This document shows, in pieces, positions 55,112 to 64,000 of a stretch of 64,000 bases of DNA (position 1 is its first letter; each line of letters starts with the position of its first letter). Location of the stretch: contig JBBTCT010000001.1 of assembly GCA_038060895.1 (NCBI GenBank), positions 96,001-160,000 of the forward strand, in the 5' to 3' direction. Under the pieces are notes generated by a model. It worked only from the letters and a program-made list of their open reading frames with translations, was not told the origin of the DNA and did not search any database. A program made the position numbers and the translations under genes. The stretch is from Planctomycetota bacterium. Its GTDB lineage: Bacteria; Planctomycetota; MHYJ01; WSZJ01.

Positions 55112-56236
55112 ACCGATCTCATACCGAATCAACCTGCAGTCAATCGGCCCGTTCATCACAGGCCACTTCTTCGCGGCCTTTAGCCCGAGGAACTTCGTCA
55201 GCTCCGGGTTCCCGCACAGAACGAACGCCGTCGCCCCGTCGCACCGGTGCAGGAAATTCCCGAGCGCCTTCCACGATTCGTCGAGGTCGTCGCCCTCCCC
55301 GAGCCGCTCGCCATACGGCGGATTCGTAAAAATCGTCGCGGGCGCGACCGCCGGCTTCCAGTCTTTCGCGTCCGCCTGCTCGATCGTCACCAGCCGGTCC
55401 ACCCCCGCCGCCACCACGCTCTTTCGCGCCAGCGCCACCGCACCGGGATGCCGGTCCGCCCCCATGATCGCGAACGGCAGCCGCGCCTTCGCCCGCCGCT
55501 TCGCTTCGTCCCGCTCCTTCGCCCACGCCGCTTCGTCCAGATCCTGCCACCGCTCGAACGCAAACCGCCGGTTCAGCCCCGGCGCACGATCCGCCGCCCA
55601 CATCGCAGCCTCGATCAACAGCGTCGCACTCCCGCACATCGGGTCCGCCAGCGCCGACTTCCGGTCCCACCCCGCCAGCATCAGAATCCCCGCCGCCGTC
55701 GCTTCGTTCAGCGGCGACTTCACCAGGATCTGCCGGTACCCGCGCTTGTGCAGGCTCTCCCCCGCCCAGTCGCGATACAGAAGCGCTTCATCGCGCTTGA
55801 GCACGAGCTTGAGCGGCAAGTCCGGGTCCTGCGTGTCCACGTTCGGCCGGTCGCCGAAGCGCTCCCGGATCTTGTCCACGATCGCGTCCTTGATCGTGAG
55901 CGCCGCGAATCCGCTGTGCGTGAGTTCGGAATCGCGCACCGAAGCGTCGACCGCGATGGTGAACCCGGGGTCGAGGTACTTCGGCCAGTCAACCTCCGCC
56001 GCGCCCGCGTAAAGTTCGCGCGGCCCGCGCGCCGGGCCTTTCCACAGAAGCTCCTGCACGCGAATCGCGGTGCGGAGCCAGAGGCAGGCCTTCCTCGCGA
56101 CGGAGGCGTCCCCCCGGAACTCGACCCCGCCGCGCTTCTCGACCACGTCCGAAGCGCCGATCGCGCGCAGCTCCTCCGCAAGCGCGGGCTCGAAACCGGG
56201 GCCGCAGGGAGAAAAAAACGTGGATGTAAGCGCCAT
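55061..56236 (-). CDS. rlmL: THUMP-domain class I SAM RNA methyltransferase (RlmL-like)
   Basis: GESLHKRGYR, DPMCGSAT, TNPPYGERL, NGPIDC. Confidence 0.8.
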   Translation of the reverse strand: MALTSTFFSPCGPGFEPALAEELRAIGASDVVEKRGGVEFRGDASVARKACLWLRTAIRVQELLWKGPARGPRELYAGAAEVDWPKYLDPGFTIAVDASVRDSELTHSGFAALTIKDAIVDKIRERFGDRPNVDTQDPDLPLKLVLKRDEALLYRDWAGESLHKRGYRQILVKSPLNEATAAGILMLAGWDRKSALADPMCGSATLLIEAAMWAADRAPGLNRRFAFERWQDLDEAAWAKERDEAKRRAKARLPFAIMGADRHPGAVALARKSVVAAGVDRLVTIEQADAKDWKPAVAPATIFTNPPYGERLGEGDDLDESWKALGNFLHRCDGATAFVLCGNPELTKFLGLKAAKKWPVMNGPIDCRLIRYEIGGKRQGMGKKRDGDGGG

Positions 56237-56309
56237 GGGTGGCCGAGAGGATACACGCCTTTTTGATCAACTCTCGTTTCCGTCGGCCTCCTGCGAATAA
56301 CATTCACCC

Positions 56310-57545
56310 ATGAACCATTCCAGCGCCTTCGCCGTTCTCTTCCTGGTCTCCGCTTCCGCCCTCGCCGCTCCTCCCGAGCAGAAAGTCTCCGCCAGGGGTC
56401 TCACTTACCAGCTGCGCGTTCCGGAGAACTCCGCCAGGGGAAAACATCCGCTCATCGTCGCGCTCCACGGCGCGGGCGACAACTGCGCGAACTTCATGCG
56501 CTGGATCAGCGGCCCGCAGGCGACGTTCGCGAAGGACGCGATCCTGCTCGCGCCGCAGGCGCTGAAGAACGGATCGTGGGACAAGGAAGACCTGGAGCCG
56601 CTCGCGGATCTCGTGCGGGAGATGAAGGCGGCGCACGCGCCGACGCGCACGATCGGCTTCGGCTTTTCGCGGGGGGCCTACTACACGTTTCACCTCGGCA
56701 CGACGCACCCGGAGCTCTACGACGGCGCCATCCCGTTCGCCGGCGGACTCCCAGGCGCCGTGCCCGACAGCGACGATATGCGCCGCTTGCCCTTCTATGT
56801 CTGCCACGGCGACGCCGACGACGTCGTGCCGGTCGCCGAGAGCGAGCGGTCAGTGAAGGCGCTCGAAACGGGGAAGGTGCCGGTCAAGTTCGAGAAGGTC
56901 GCCGGGCTCAAGCACACGGTGGACTGGGCGGCCGTGAAGCGCGGGCTGGATTGGGTGAATGGGATCCTCGACGAGCGGCAGAAAGCGCTCGACGACGAGG
57001 TCGCGAAGAAGATTGCGGAGTTGGAGAAATCGTTGAAGGAGAAATCCTGGGAAGCGGCGGCCGCGGGGTTCACGGCGATCACGCGCGTGCCGGCGAGGCT
57101 GGCGCCCAAGCTCGCCGGGCTTGCGAAGGCGCACGCGACTTCGGCGGAGGAAACGGTTGCCCTCGCGGCGATCGCCGCCGCCGGCCGTTGTGGCACAGAC
57201 GGCGTTGCGGCTCTCAAGGGGATCGCCGGCACAAATGAAAAACTCGCCCCGGCCGCCGCTTCCGCCCTCGGCGAAACCGGCTCCCCCGCCGCTGCGGAGC
57301 CGCTTCTCGCGTACCTGAAGACGAAGTCAGACACCGTGGCGACGGCAGCCGCGGAGGCCCTCGGAAAGCTCGGCGGCGACGCCGCGACCGGCGCGCTCGT
57401 CGCAGGCCTCTCCAATTGCGAGGCACTCCTCCCTGCGAGCCCGCGCAGAGATGCGATCAACACGGCCCTCAAGAAAACTACCGGGCAGTCGTTCTCGAAA
57501 GCGTCCGAATGGAAGAAGTGGCTCGCCGAAAGCGGGAAGAAGTAA
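56310..57545 (+). CDS. Secreted alpha/beta hydrolase with C-terminal HEAT repeats
   Basis: ALHGAG, GFSRG, HGDADDVVP, LKH; AASALG and AAEALGKLG repeats. Confidence 0.8.
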   Translation: MNHSSAFAVLFLVSASALAAPPEQKVSARGLTYQLRVPENSARGKHPLIVALHGAGDNCANFMRWISGPQATFAKDAILLAPQALKNGSWDKEDLEPLADLVREMKAAHAPTRTIGFGFSRGAYYTFHLGTTHPELYDGAIPFAGGLPGAVPDSDDMRRLPFYVCHGDADDVVPVAESERSVKALETGKVPVKFEKVAGLKHTVDWAAVKRGLDWVNGILDERQKALDDEVAKKIAELEKSLKEKSWEAAAAGFTAITRVPARLAPKLAGLAKAHATSAEETVALAAIAAAGRCGTDGVAALKGIAGTNEKLAPAAASALGETGSPAAAEPLLAYLKTKSDTVATAAAEALGKLGGDAATGALVAGLSNCEALLPASPRRDAINTALKKTTGQSFSKASEWKKWLAESGKK

Positions 57546-57553
57546 TCGCCTCC

Positions 57554-58237
57554 ATGAAGAGGTTTCTGCCTGGCGGCATGTTCTTCTTCATGGGCGCGAT
57601 CTTTCCGTTCGTCGGCTGGAGCATGGCGGAGGAGACGCGCAGCGCGATGAAGCGCTGGATCGAGGTTTCCGCGCAGGTCGCGGGGCACGAGATCCTGTTC
57701 GAGGCGGAACCGGTGCAGGCGGAGGCGGAGCTGGAGGAAGTAACGGGCGGGAAGGCGAGCCGGCCGGGGCTGCGGTTGCGGTACCTGGTGGACGGGATGC
57801 CGGCGGAGGCGGAGGGGCTGTACTCGGCGGACCTGGGTCTCCCTACGATCTGGAACCCCGAGGATCTGGCTCCCTATCCTGTCGGCAGGAAGCTCACGGT
57901 GTGGACGGACCCGCAGGACCTGACGAAGGCCTACCTGGATCGCGCGGTGCCGGCGATGCCCTACGTGATCATCCTGATGCCGATGATCTTCGTCAGCTTC
58001 GGCGCGATGTTCCTCCTGTTCCCGCCGGTAGAGGGGAAGAAGCAGTACGACCCCGGCACGCCGTGGGCCTGGCGGACGTTTCTGTTCATCTGGAACTCGG
58101 CCGGGATCGCGGCGGCCGCGCATTACTTTTCGCAGCCCGGATCGATGAACGCGGGCGATATCGCGCTCTTTTCGATCTATCTCGGCATCGGGGTCCTGCC
58201 GGTGCTGGTGATGGTGAATCGGGCCGTGCGAGCTTGA
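57554..58237 (+). CDS. DUF3592-like membrane protein
   Basis: TM helix, W.EVSAQV, YPVGRKLTVWTDPQD, then three TM helices. Confidence 0.6.
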   Translation: MKRFLPGGMFFFMGAIFPFVGWSMAEETRSAMKRWIEVSAQVAGHEILFEAEPVQAEAELEEVTGGKASRPGLRLRYLVDGMPAEAEGLYSADLGLPTIWNPEDLAPYPVGRKLTVWTDPQDLTKAYLDRAVPAMPYVIILMPMIFVSFGAMFLLFPPVEGKKQYDPGTPWAWRTFLFIWNSAGIAAAAHYFSQPGSMNAGDIALFSIYLGIGVLPVLVMVNRAVRA

Positions 58238-58310
58238 ATACCTAACTTTGTAAGTAATTAATCTTAAATGTGTACTTTTTAGTTGATTCTCACCGACAGT
58301 TACTCTATAT
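58238..58310 (+). promoter_or_regulatory. AT-rich promoter region upstream of glnA
   Basis: Abrupt AT-rich stretch (TAACTTTGTAAGTAATTAATCTTAAATGTGTAC) in a high-GC background; no specific operator identified. Confidence 0.45.
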
Positions 58311-58424
58311 CCCTCACTTCAATTCTGCCCCCCCCCTCCCCCGCAACTCCTCATCGGAGAGCCCGACATGCGTCACCACTTTCAGTCCTACGCCGCCCCC
58401 GGCACCACAAAGGAGCCCGCTTCC

Positions 58425-59864
58425 ATGGATCACCCGCCCCTGCGCTCGTTCCTCGAAATACCCTACGACAAGCTCGAGGAGATGAACCTCGAGGTCAAGG
58501 AAGCGCGCATCAAGCGCGTGGACGCGGGAAAACTCCAGGAGCAGCGGATGAAGTACCTCGCCGACGAGAAGCGGATCAAGGCCGTCACGGTCTGCTTCAC
58601 GGACCTCGAGGGCCGGCTGCACATGCTCGACTACGACAAGAAGTTCCTGCTGAAGTCCGCGGACAACCTGACGTTCGATGGGTCGTCGATCCGCGGGTTC
58701 TCGCAGCAGGCGGAGTCGGACCTGCGGCTGAAGTGCGACTGGTCGTCGTTCTACTGGCTCCCCGCCGACGTTTTCGGGCCCGGGAAAGTGCTGGTGTTCG
58801 GCGAAGTCCTGGAGCGCGACGGGAAGCCTTATCCCGCCGACATGCGCTCGCGGCTGAAGCAGTTCTGCAACAACCTGTTCTCGAAACAGGGACTGGAGCT
58901 CCACGCGGCCAACGAAATCGAGGGGTTCCTCTTCAGCGGCCGCGAGGCCGAGCGCCGCTACTACGAGACCGGGAAGTTCGACTTCATCTCGACGGGCGGC
59001 TACTACCACTCGCTCCCCGGCGACCCGCTGCGCCGCTTCATCGATACGTCCGCCGAGGTCCAGCGGTCGATGGGGTTCGCGAACGAGAAGGACCATCCGG
59101 AGGTCGCGCCGTCGCAGTTCGAGATGAACTACTCGTACACGCAGGCGCTCATCGCCGCCGACCAGGTGCAGCTCTACAAGCTCATCTGCCGCCAGGTCGC
59201 CGACCGCATGGAGATGAGCGCTTCGTTCCTGCCGAAGCCCGTCACCGGCGTGAACGGCAACGGGATGCACACGAACATCTCGGTCAACAAGAACGGCAGG
59301 AACCTGTTCTACGACAAGAACGGCCAGGACGGCCTGTCCGCGATCGGCTGGAAGTTCATCGACCGGATCCTGAACAACGCGAACGACATCTGCCTGATCC
59401 TGAACTGCAGCGTGAATTCGTACCGCCGGCTCGACCCGCACTTTGAAGCGCCCAACCAGATCAAGGCCAGCGCGATTGACCGCGGCTCGATGGTGCGGAT
59501 CCCGCTCGGCAACGAGCGTTCCGCGCGCATCGAGGTCCGCTCCGTCGCCCCCGACGCAAACCCGTATCTCGCGATTTACACGATGCTCGCGACGGGCCTC
59601 GAGGGCCCGGAGGCGCCGACGTCCGACGCCGACAAGCGCGCGCGGACCCGGTTCCTGCCGGACAACATCCACGACGCGATCCGGCTGTTCAAGACGAGCG
59701 AGTTCGCGATGAAGCTGCTGGGCGAGGAAGTCCACACGAAGTACGCGGAGCTCAAAATGGCGTCGGCGGAGCGCTGCCCGAAGGCGCTGGGCGCGCGCGT
59801 CAAGGTGGCGGAAGTCCAGTTCCACCACGAGGTGACGAACCAGTTCCTGTGGAATCTGTTCTAG
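58425..59864 (+). CDS. glnA: Glutamine synthetase (start could be 58368)
   Basis: FDGSSIRGF, HPEVAPSQFE, FLPKP..GVNGNGMH, SYRRL..EAP, RIEVRS..PDANPYL. Confidence 0.92.
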   Translation: MDHPPLRSFLEIPYDKLEEMNLEVKEARIKRVDAGKLQEQRMKYLADEKRIKAVTVCFTDLEGRLHMLDYDKKFLLKSADNLTFDGSSIRGFSQQAESDLRLKCDWSSFYWLPADVFGPGKVLVFGEVLERDGKPYPADMRSRLKQFCNNLFSKQGLELHAANEIEGFLFSGREAERRYYETGKFDFISTGGYYHSLPGDPLRRFIDTSAEVQRSMGFANEKDHPEVAPSQFEMNYSYTQALIAADQVQLYKLICRQVADRMEMSASFLPKPVTGVNGNGMHTNISVNKNGRNLFYDKNGQDGLSAIGWKFIDRILNNANDICLILNCSVNSYRRLDPHFEAPNQIKASAIDRGSMVRIPLGNERSARIEVRSVAPDANPYLAIYTMLATGLEGPEAPTSDADKRARTRFLPDNIHDAIRLFKTSEFAMKLLGEEVHTKYAELKMASAERCPKALGARVKVAEVQFHHEVTNQFLWNLF

Positions 59865-59888
59865 GAGTCGGGCTGAAGCGGACATTGC

Positions 59889-59925
59889 GGCGCGCGGGGG
59901 CGATGGCTCCCGCGCGCCTTTTTTT
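59889..59925 (+). terminator. Rho-independent terminator of glnA
   Basis: GGCGCGCGGG-loop-CCCGCGCGCC followed by a T-tract. Confidence 0.8.
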
Positions 59926-60039
59926 CGGCTCGAAATGCGAGAATGAGAATCGGCGGAACCAGGTCGAATTCCCCGCGCAGGCGCTCAAGTCTGTTCGCGG
60001 CGTGCGGCCACTCGTCACTATCGAGAAAAATGGGAGGTC

Positions 60040-60465
60040 ATGGTGCCCGATCTCAACCACCCGATGGCGCCGCACAGATTTGCTGCCACGAGACAGGAGG
60101 ACCTCATCCTAGGTTGCTGCAAACACATGACCCTGGAAGACTCGTTTGAGCGGCAATTCACACTGGATATCATTCGACCGGCGTTTGCAGCTCTACGCTG
60201 GCTGAATTCGGAACGATTCGGGAATTCAGCGACTATCAAGAACAGCATCGAGCACCTTGAAGCGGAGGTCGAGAAACTCTCGAAACTCCCCCTGAGATTC
60301 TCGTCGACCACGAAGGAGACGAATCGTCGGTGCCCCCACTGCGGGAGCGTGGGGCGTTCGCGCCCTCCGGAAGTTCCGTACTGTGACAAGTGCCTGGGCC
60401 TGGTGAGGTGTGGCCTGGACAAAGTTAGTTCACTCGAAGAAGGCTTCGGTACGGATGCGATCTGA
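60040..60465 (+). CDS. Hypothetical protein with CxxC...CxxC zinc ribbon
   Basis: GGAGG SD; CPHC...CDKC; lower GC than flanks. Confidence 0.55.
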   Translation: MVPDLNHPMAPHRFAATRQEDLILGCCKHMTLEDSFERQFTLDIIRPAFAALRWLNSERFGNSATIKNSIEHLEAEVEKLSKLPLRFSSTTKETNRRCPHCGSVGRSRPPEVPYCDKCLGLVRCGLDKVSSLEEGFGTDAI

Positions 60466-60517
60466 GTCGCCGGCAATGCAGGGAGTGCGGCTCTTCGGCG
60501 TGCGGTACAATGACTCC

Positions 60518-60805
60518 GTGCATTCGCTCACTCAGAATCAGGACTACAAGACGCAGGCCGAAGATACTTCGCCCGAAGCGGAGCGAATTCTGGTCGAAGC
60601 CTGGCGCCGGATGGCCCCTTGGCAGAAGATCGAGAGCGTCCTCCGGATAAATCGGGCATCCGACGACATCGCGACGGCCGGCATCCTGATGCGGCACCCG
60701 GGCGCGACGCCTGATGAAATTCGCCTTCGCCTGGCTGCGCTGCGACTGGATCGCGACACTATGGTGAAGGCCTTCGGCTGGGACCCGGAACGAAACGGGT
60801 ACTAG
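60518..60805 (+). CDS. Small putative antitoxin/partner of a nucleotidyltransferase
   Basis: DTSPEAE...WRRM.P..K...RHPGA...EIRLRLA pattern, commonly found upstream of such NTases; TACAAT 6 nt before the GTG. Confidence 0.6.
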   Translation: MHSLTQNQDYKTQAEDTSPEAERILVEAWRRMAPWQKIESVLRINRASDDIATAGILMRHPGATPDEIRLRLAALRLDRDTMVKAFGWDPERNGY

Positions 60806-60809
60806 GGCA

Positions 60810-61388
60810 GTGCCTGACATCATCGACGTTACGGGCGATGTGGCTCACATTCTCACGGAGCTAGGGATCCGTCACGCCGTCGGTGGCTCGATGGCCTCGA
60901 TTCTCCATGGCGAACCGCGGCTCACACAGGATGTCGACTTCATCATCGAGCTTGGTGAGGCGAAAATCCCGGACGTCGTCCGCGCCTTCGGAAACGGGTA
61001 CTACATCGCCGAGCCAGCCGTCCGCGACGCGGTGCAGAGAAGCGCCTCATTCAACGTGATTCACCTGGCCACAATGCTGAAGGCCGACCTTTACGTTGCC
61101 GGGAGAAGCGTGCTTGACCCGTTGCAGATCGGGCGCGCGATCCCGATGAAGCTTCGAAAGGACTCCGCGGCCGAAATTCGGGTCAGCAGCGCAGAGGACA
61201 TCGTGCTCCGAAAACTTGAGTGGTATCGCAAGGGCCGGGAGGTAAGCGATCGGCAGTGGAGGGACATCTTGGGTGTGTTGAAAGTCTCCGGTGCCAGGCT
61301 CGACAGAAATTTCATGGCTACGACAGCCGAGGCCGCGGGCGTCACTGATCTGCTCGAACGGTCGATTCGTGAGGCGGGTCTGGCGTAG
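60810..61388 (+). CDS. Pol-beta-superfamily nucleotidyltransferase (DUF6036/AbiEii-like), putative toxin
   Basis: VGGSMAS.LHGEPRLTQDVDF; SAEDIVLRKL..YR.G...SDRQWRD. Confidence 0.7.
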   Translation: MPDIIDVTGDVAHILTELGIRHAVGGSMASILHGEPRLTQDVDFIIELGEAKIPDVVRAFGNGYYIAEPAVRDAVQRSASFNVIHLATMLKADLYVAGRSVLDPLQIGRAIPMKLRKDSAAEIRVSSAEDIVLRKLEWYRKGREVSDRQWRDILGVLKVSGARLDRNFMATTAEAAGVTDLLERSIREAGLA

Positions 61389-61403
61389 CCTGAATCGACC
61401 TGC

Positions 61404-62492
61404 CTACTTCGTCCTCTTGATCACGTGATACCCGAACGGCGTCTCCACCACGCCCGAGAGCTTCCCGACTTCCAGGTCCTTAAGTGCCTTTTCGAACTCG
61501 GGAACCATCGCGCCGGGGCCGAACGTGCCGAGGTCGCCGCCCTTGGACTTCGAAGGGCAGTCGCTGATTTCGCCCGCCACTTTCGCGAAGTCCTCACCTT
61601 CGGTCAGGCGCTTGATCAGCGCGTCGATCTCCTTCTTTGCGTCTTCCTTCGTGCGCGTGACGGACGGCGGACAGCGCATCGTTCCTTTCCAGCGGATGAG
61701 GATGTGGCTCGCGCGCCACTGCGGCGGTTTCGCGGCGTTCGCGATCTTCATGCCCTTGATCACGTGGAATCCGAAGGGCGTTTCGACGACTCCGGAAATT
61801 TCACCGGGGGCGAGCGCGAAGGCAACGTCCTCGAACGGGGGCGCCATCATGTTGCGCACAAATGTGCCGAGGTCGCCGCCTTTGGCCTTTGAGGAGCAGT
61901 CACTCATTTCACCGGCGACCTTGGCGAAATCCTCGCCTTTCGTGGTCACGGCCTGGTGGACTTTTTCGGCCAACTCCTTCGCTTCTTCCTTCGTTCGCGA
62001 AACCGTCGGTGCCGCCCGCTCGGCGCCTTTGTAGGCGATGAGGATGTGGGAAGCCGCAGCCTTGGCCGCGAGGCGCGAGGCGATCATGTAGCCCATGTCG
62101 CACTCGAAGATGTCGGAGACCTGGCCGAACTCCATGCCGCAGAGAGCGGCCTCGAGGGCGGGGATCGTGCAGTGCCCGACCGGGATGATGCCGACGCTTC
62201 CCCGCCCGCGAGGCTCGTCCGAGTACTTCTGGACGACGTCGAAGAACGAGCTCCCTTTCGCCCGGGCAGCCTTCAGCGCCTCGTCGGCCCGGGCTTTCGC
62301 TTCTTCCTTCGTCCGGGTGGCGTTCGGAAACGCCTTGGGCGCTCCCTTCCAGCCGATGATGACGACCGCGCCGGAAACTTCGTCGGGAGCCTCGGCGGGT
62401 TTCTTCGGCGACTTTGCGGGATCGGCCTCCGCATCCTCGGCGAAGGCGGGGGCTGCGAAACAGAGCAAAAGGGCGAGGGCGGCGAAGCGCAT
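61404..62492 (-). CDS. Secreted parvulin-type peptidyl-prolyl isomerase (three domains)
   Basis: ASHILI, SDC.SK.KGGDLG.F and VETPFG repeated; first domain degenerate. Confidence 0.9.
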   Translation of the reverse strand: MRFAALALLLCFAAPAFAEDAEADPAKSPKKPAEAPDEVSGAVVIIGWKGAPKAFPNATRTKEEAKARADEALKAARAKGSSFFDVVQKYSDEPRGRGSVGIIPVGHCTIPALEAALCGMEFGQVSDIFECDMGYMIASRLAAKAAASHILIAYKGAERAAPTVSRTKEEAKELAEKVHQAVTTKGEDFAKVAGEMSDCSSKAKGGDLGTFVRNMMAPPFEDVAFALAPGEISGVVETPFGFHVIKGMKIANAAKPPQWRASHILIRWKGTMRCPPSVTRTKEDAKKEIDALIKRLTEGEDFAKVAGEISDCPSKSKGGDLGTFGPGAMVPEFEKALKDLEVGKLSGVVETPFGYHVIKRTK

Positions 62493-62596
62493 GGGGCCTC
62501 CGATTTCGGTGAGTTTATGGTGCCGGGCGGCCCGGAATGATACGGGGGAGCGCCTGCGTCGGGAATAAACGGCCGGCCGGGCGGCGATATTCCCTT

Positions 62597-63688
62597 CTAT
62601 CCAGCAGTGACGGAGTCCGGGCCTGCGCCGGAAGCGCGGGTCGAAGCGCGGCTGCGGAAGCGATCCTCCACACGCGCGAGCCCGGCTTCCAGTTCTTCCG
62701 CGCCGCTGACGACTTCGAGATCGACGCCGAGGACCCAGACGGGAACGGTCCAGTCCCTCTCGGAAAGCCGCGCGGCGTCCTTTTCCGTCGTGACGAGCGC
62801 GTCCACTTCAAGCTCGCGGCCCTCAGCCTCGAGGCCATCCAGCTCGACTTCGCTGTAGCGGTGGTGATCCGGGAATGCGCGGAACGCGTTGAGCCGGGCT
62901 TTCTGGCCACGGAGCGTCGCTTCAAATCCCCGCGGGTTGCCCAGGCCGCAGAATCCGAGGATGCGTTTGCCGTGGAGTGACTCGGCCGCAGAACTGCCGC
63001 CGAGCGTGCGCGGGGCGCGGGGGCGGTGGACGGCGGCGGCGGTCGGGCGGCCGCCGGAGACGCTTCCCAGGTGGGCGCGCAAAAGAGCGAGCTCGCCGGC
63101 ATCGAGCATGTCGGCGCGCGACACGACGATGACGTCGGCGCGCTTGAGGCCGTGCGGCGACTCGCGCAGGCACCCGCGCGGGAAAAGCCTGCCGTTCCCG
63201 AAAGGCGCGGAGGCGTCGACCATCGCGATGTTGAAATCGCGGTGCAGGCGCAGATCGTGGAATCCGTCGTCGAGGACCGCTGCGTCGCACCCGTCGGCAA
63301 ACGCCTGGCTCGCCAGCGCCAGGCGGTCCCGCCCCGTGTACCGCTTCCCCGCCCCGAATCGCTCGTCATCGACTCCGCCGACTTCCAGGCCGTACCCGCG
63401 CGACACGACCGCAACTTTCAGCCCCTTCGACTCCAGCCGCCGCGTCAGCATCTCGACCATCGGCGTTTTGCCCGTGCCGCCGAGCGTGATGTTGCCGACG
63501 CCGATCACAGGGCCCGAGAGGCGGTGGCGGCTCTTCAGGCCCAGCGCAAACGCCGCGCTCCGGATCGCCAGCGCGCCGCCGTAGAGGGCGGAAGCGGCCG
63601 AAAGGGCGGCGCGCGAGCACGCCGCGCCGAGTCCGGTGCGACGGCCGGTAACGAGGTCGAACCAGGCGCGTTGGCTGGCAGGAGACAT
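62597..63688 (-). CDS. lpxK: Tetraacyldisaccharide 4'-kinase
   Basis: VGNITLGGTGKTP, SRGYG, LDDGFH, P.G.LRE, FPDHH.Y, TTEKDA. Confidence 0.93.
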   Translation of the reverse strand: MSPASQRAWFDLVTGRRTGLGAACSRAALSAASALYGGALAIRSAAFALGLKSRHRLSGPVIGVGNITLGGTGKTPMVEMLTRRLESKGLKVAVVSRGYGLEVGGVDDERFGAGKRYTGRDRLALASQAFADGCDAAVLDDGFHDLRLHRDFNIAMVDASAPFGNGRLFPRGCLRESPHGLKRADVIVVSRADMLDAGELALLRAHLGSVSGGRPTAAAVHRPRAPRTLGGSSAAESLHGKRILGFCGLGNPRGFEATLRGQKARLNAFRAFPDHHRYSEVELDGLEAEGRELEVDALVTTEKDAARLSERDWTVPVWVLGVDLEVVSGAEELEAGLARVEDRFRSRASTRASGAGPDSVTAG

Positions 63689-63798
63689 GAGGGCCTCATT
63701 GTATATCGGCAGGCGGGCGTGATTCGAGTTGGGAGTTGCGAGTGGCGAGGAACAACTTTTCCGTCGGACGGAACCCGGTGCTAACCTCTCGCGCTGGC

Positions 63799-64000
63799 AT
63801 GAAAACGAGCTCCCTCTTGCTGGCGTCGTTCCTCGCCATCGCCGCGGGCGCGGAAGAGCCGCGCGAATGGCTGGTCGTGGGGCCGGTCAAGGGGAAGGGC
63901 CGGAGTCTGGTCAGCGCGGATGCGATCGGCGAGATGATGTTCGGGGCGGAGTCGCCGCGGTACCCGAAGAAGGGGGACAAGCTCGGCGACCTCGAGTGGA
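63799..64000 (+). CDS. Secreted protein, 3'-partial
   Basis: MKTSSLLLASFLAIAAGA-EEPREWLVVGP...; frame open to the window end. Confidence 0.6.
   Translation, partial: MKTSSLLLASFLAIAAGAEEPREWLVVGPVKGKGRSLVSADAIGEMMFGAESPRYPKKGDKLGDLEW

Overview
High-GC diderm bacterial chromosome segment; the gene content looks Planctomycetota-like (inference: PQQ-propeller/TPR giant protein, secretin-N-like protein, DUF1570-like peptidases, heptamer repeats). About 50 CDS, with no rRNA, tRNA, CRISPR array or transposase that I can support. Main blocks are: (i) a serine-palmitoyltransferase-like gene plus a bacterial ceramide-synthase-like GNAT; (ii) a poly-gamma-glutamate locus (capA-like fusion, outer-membrane beta-barrel, pgsB, pgsC, pgsW, secreted protein), where the barrel and the secreted protein share an unrecognised ~110-aa domain; (iii) a secreted BNR beta-propeller split by an in-frame TGA at a CPMD-type cysteine position, with a SECIS-like hairpin, so a likely unannotated selenoprotein (selB is in the same window); (iv) five LpxL-family acyltransferases plus lpxK; (v) housekeeping genes (hutH, lysC, rsmD, queA, selB, glnA, rlmL-like); (vi) several long palindromic elements, including two copies of a ~170-180 bp G-rich element that supplies the stop codons of its host genes, and many apparently leaderless genes (TAnnnT 6-7 nt before the start codon). 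All family assignments come from motif recognition by eye, not database searches.
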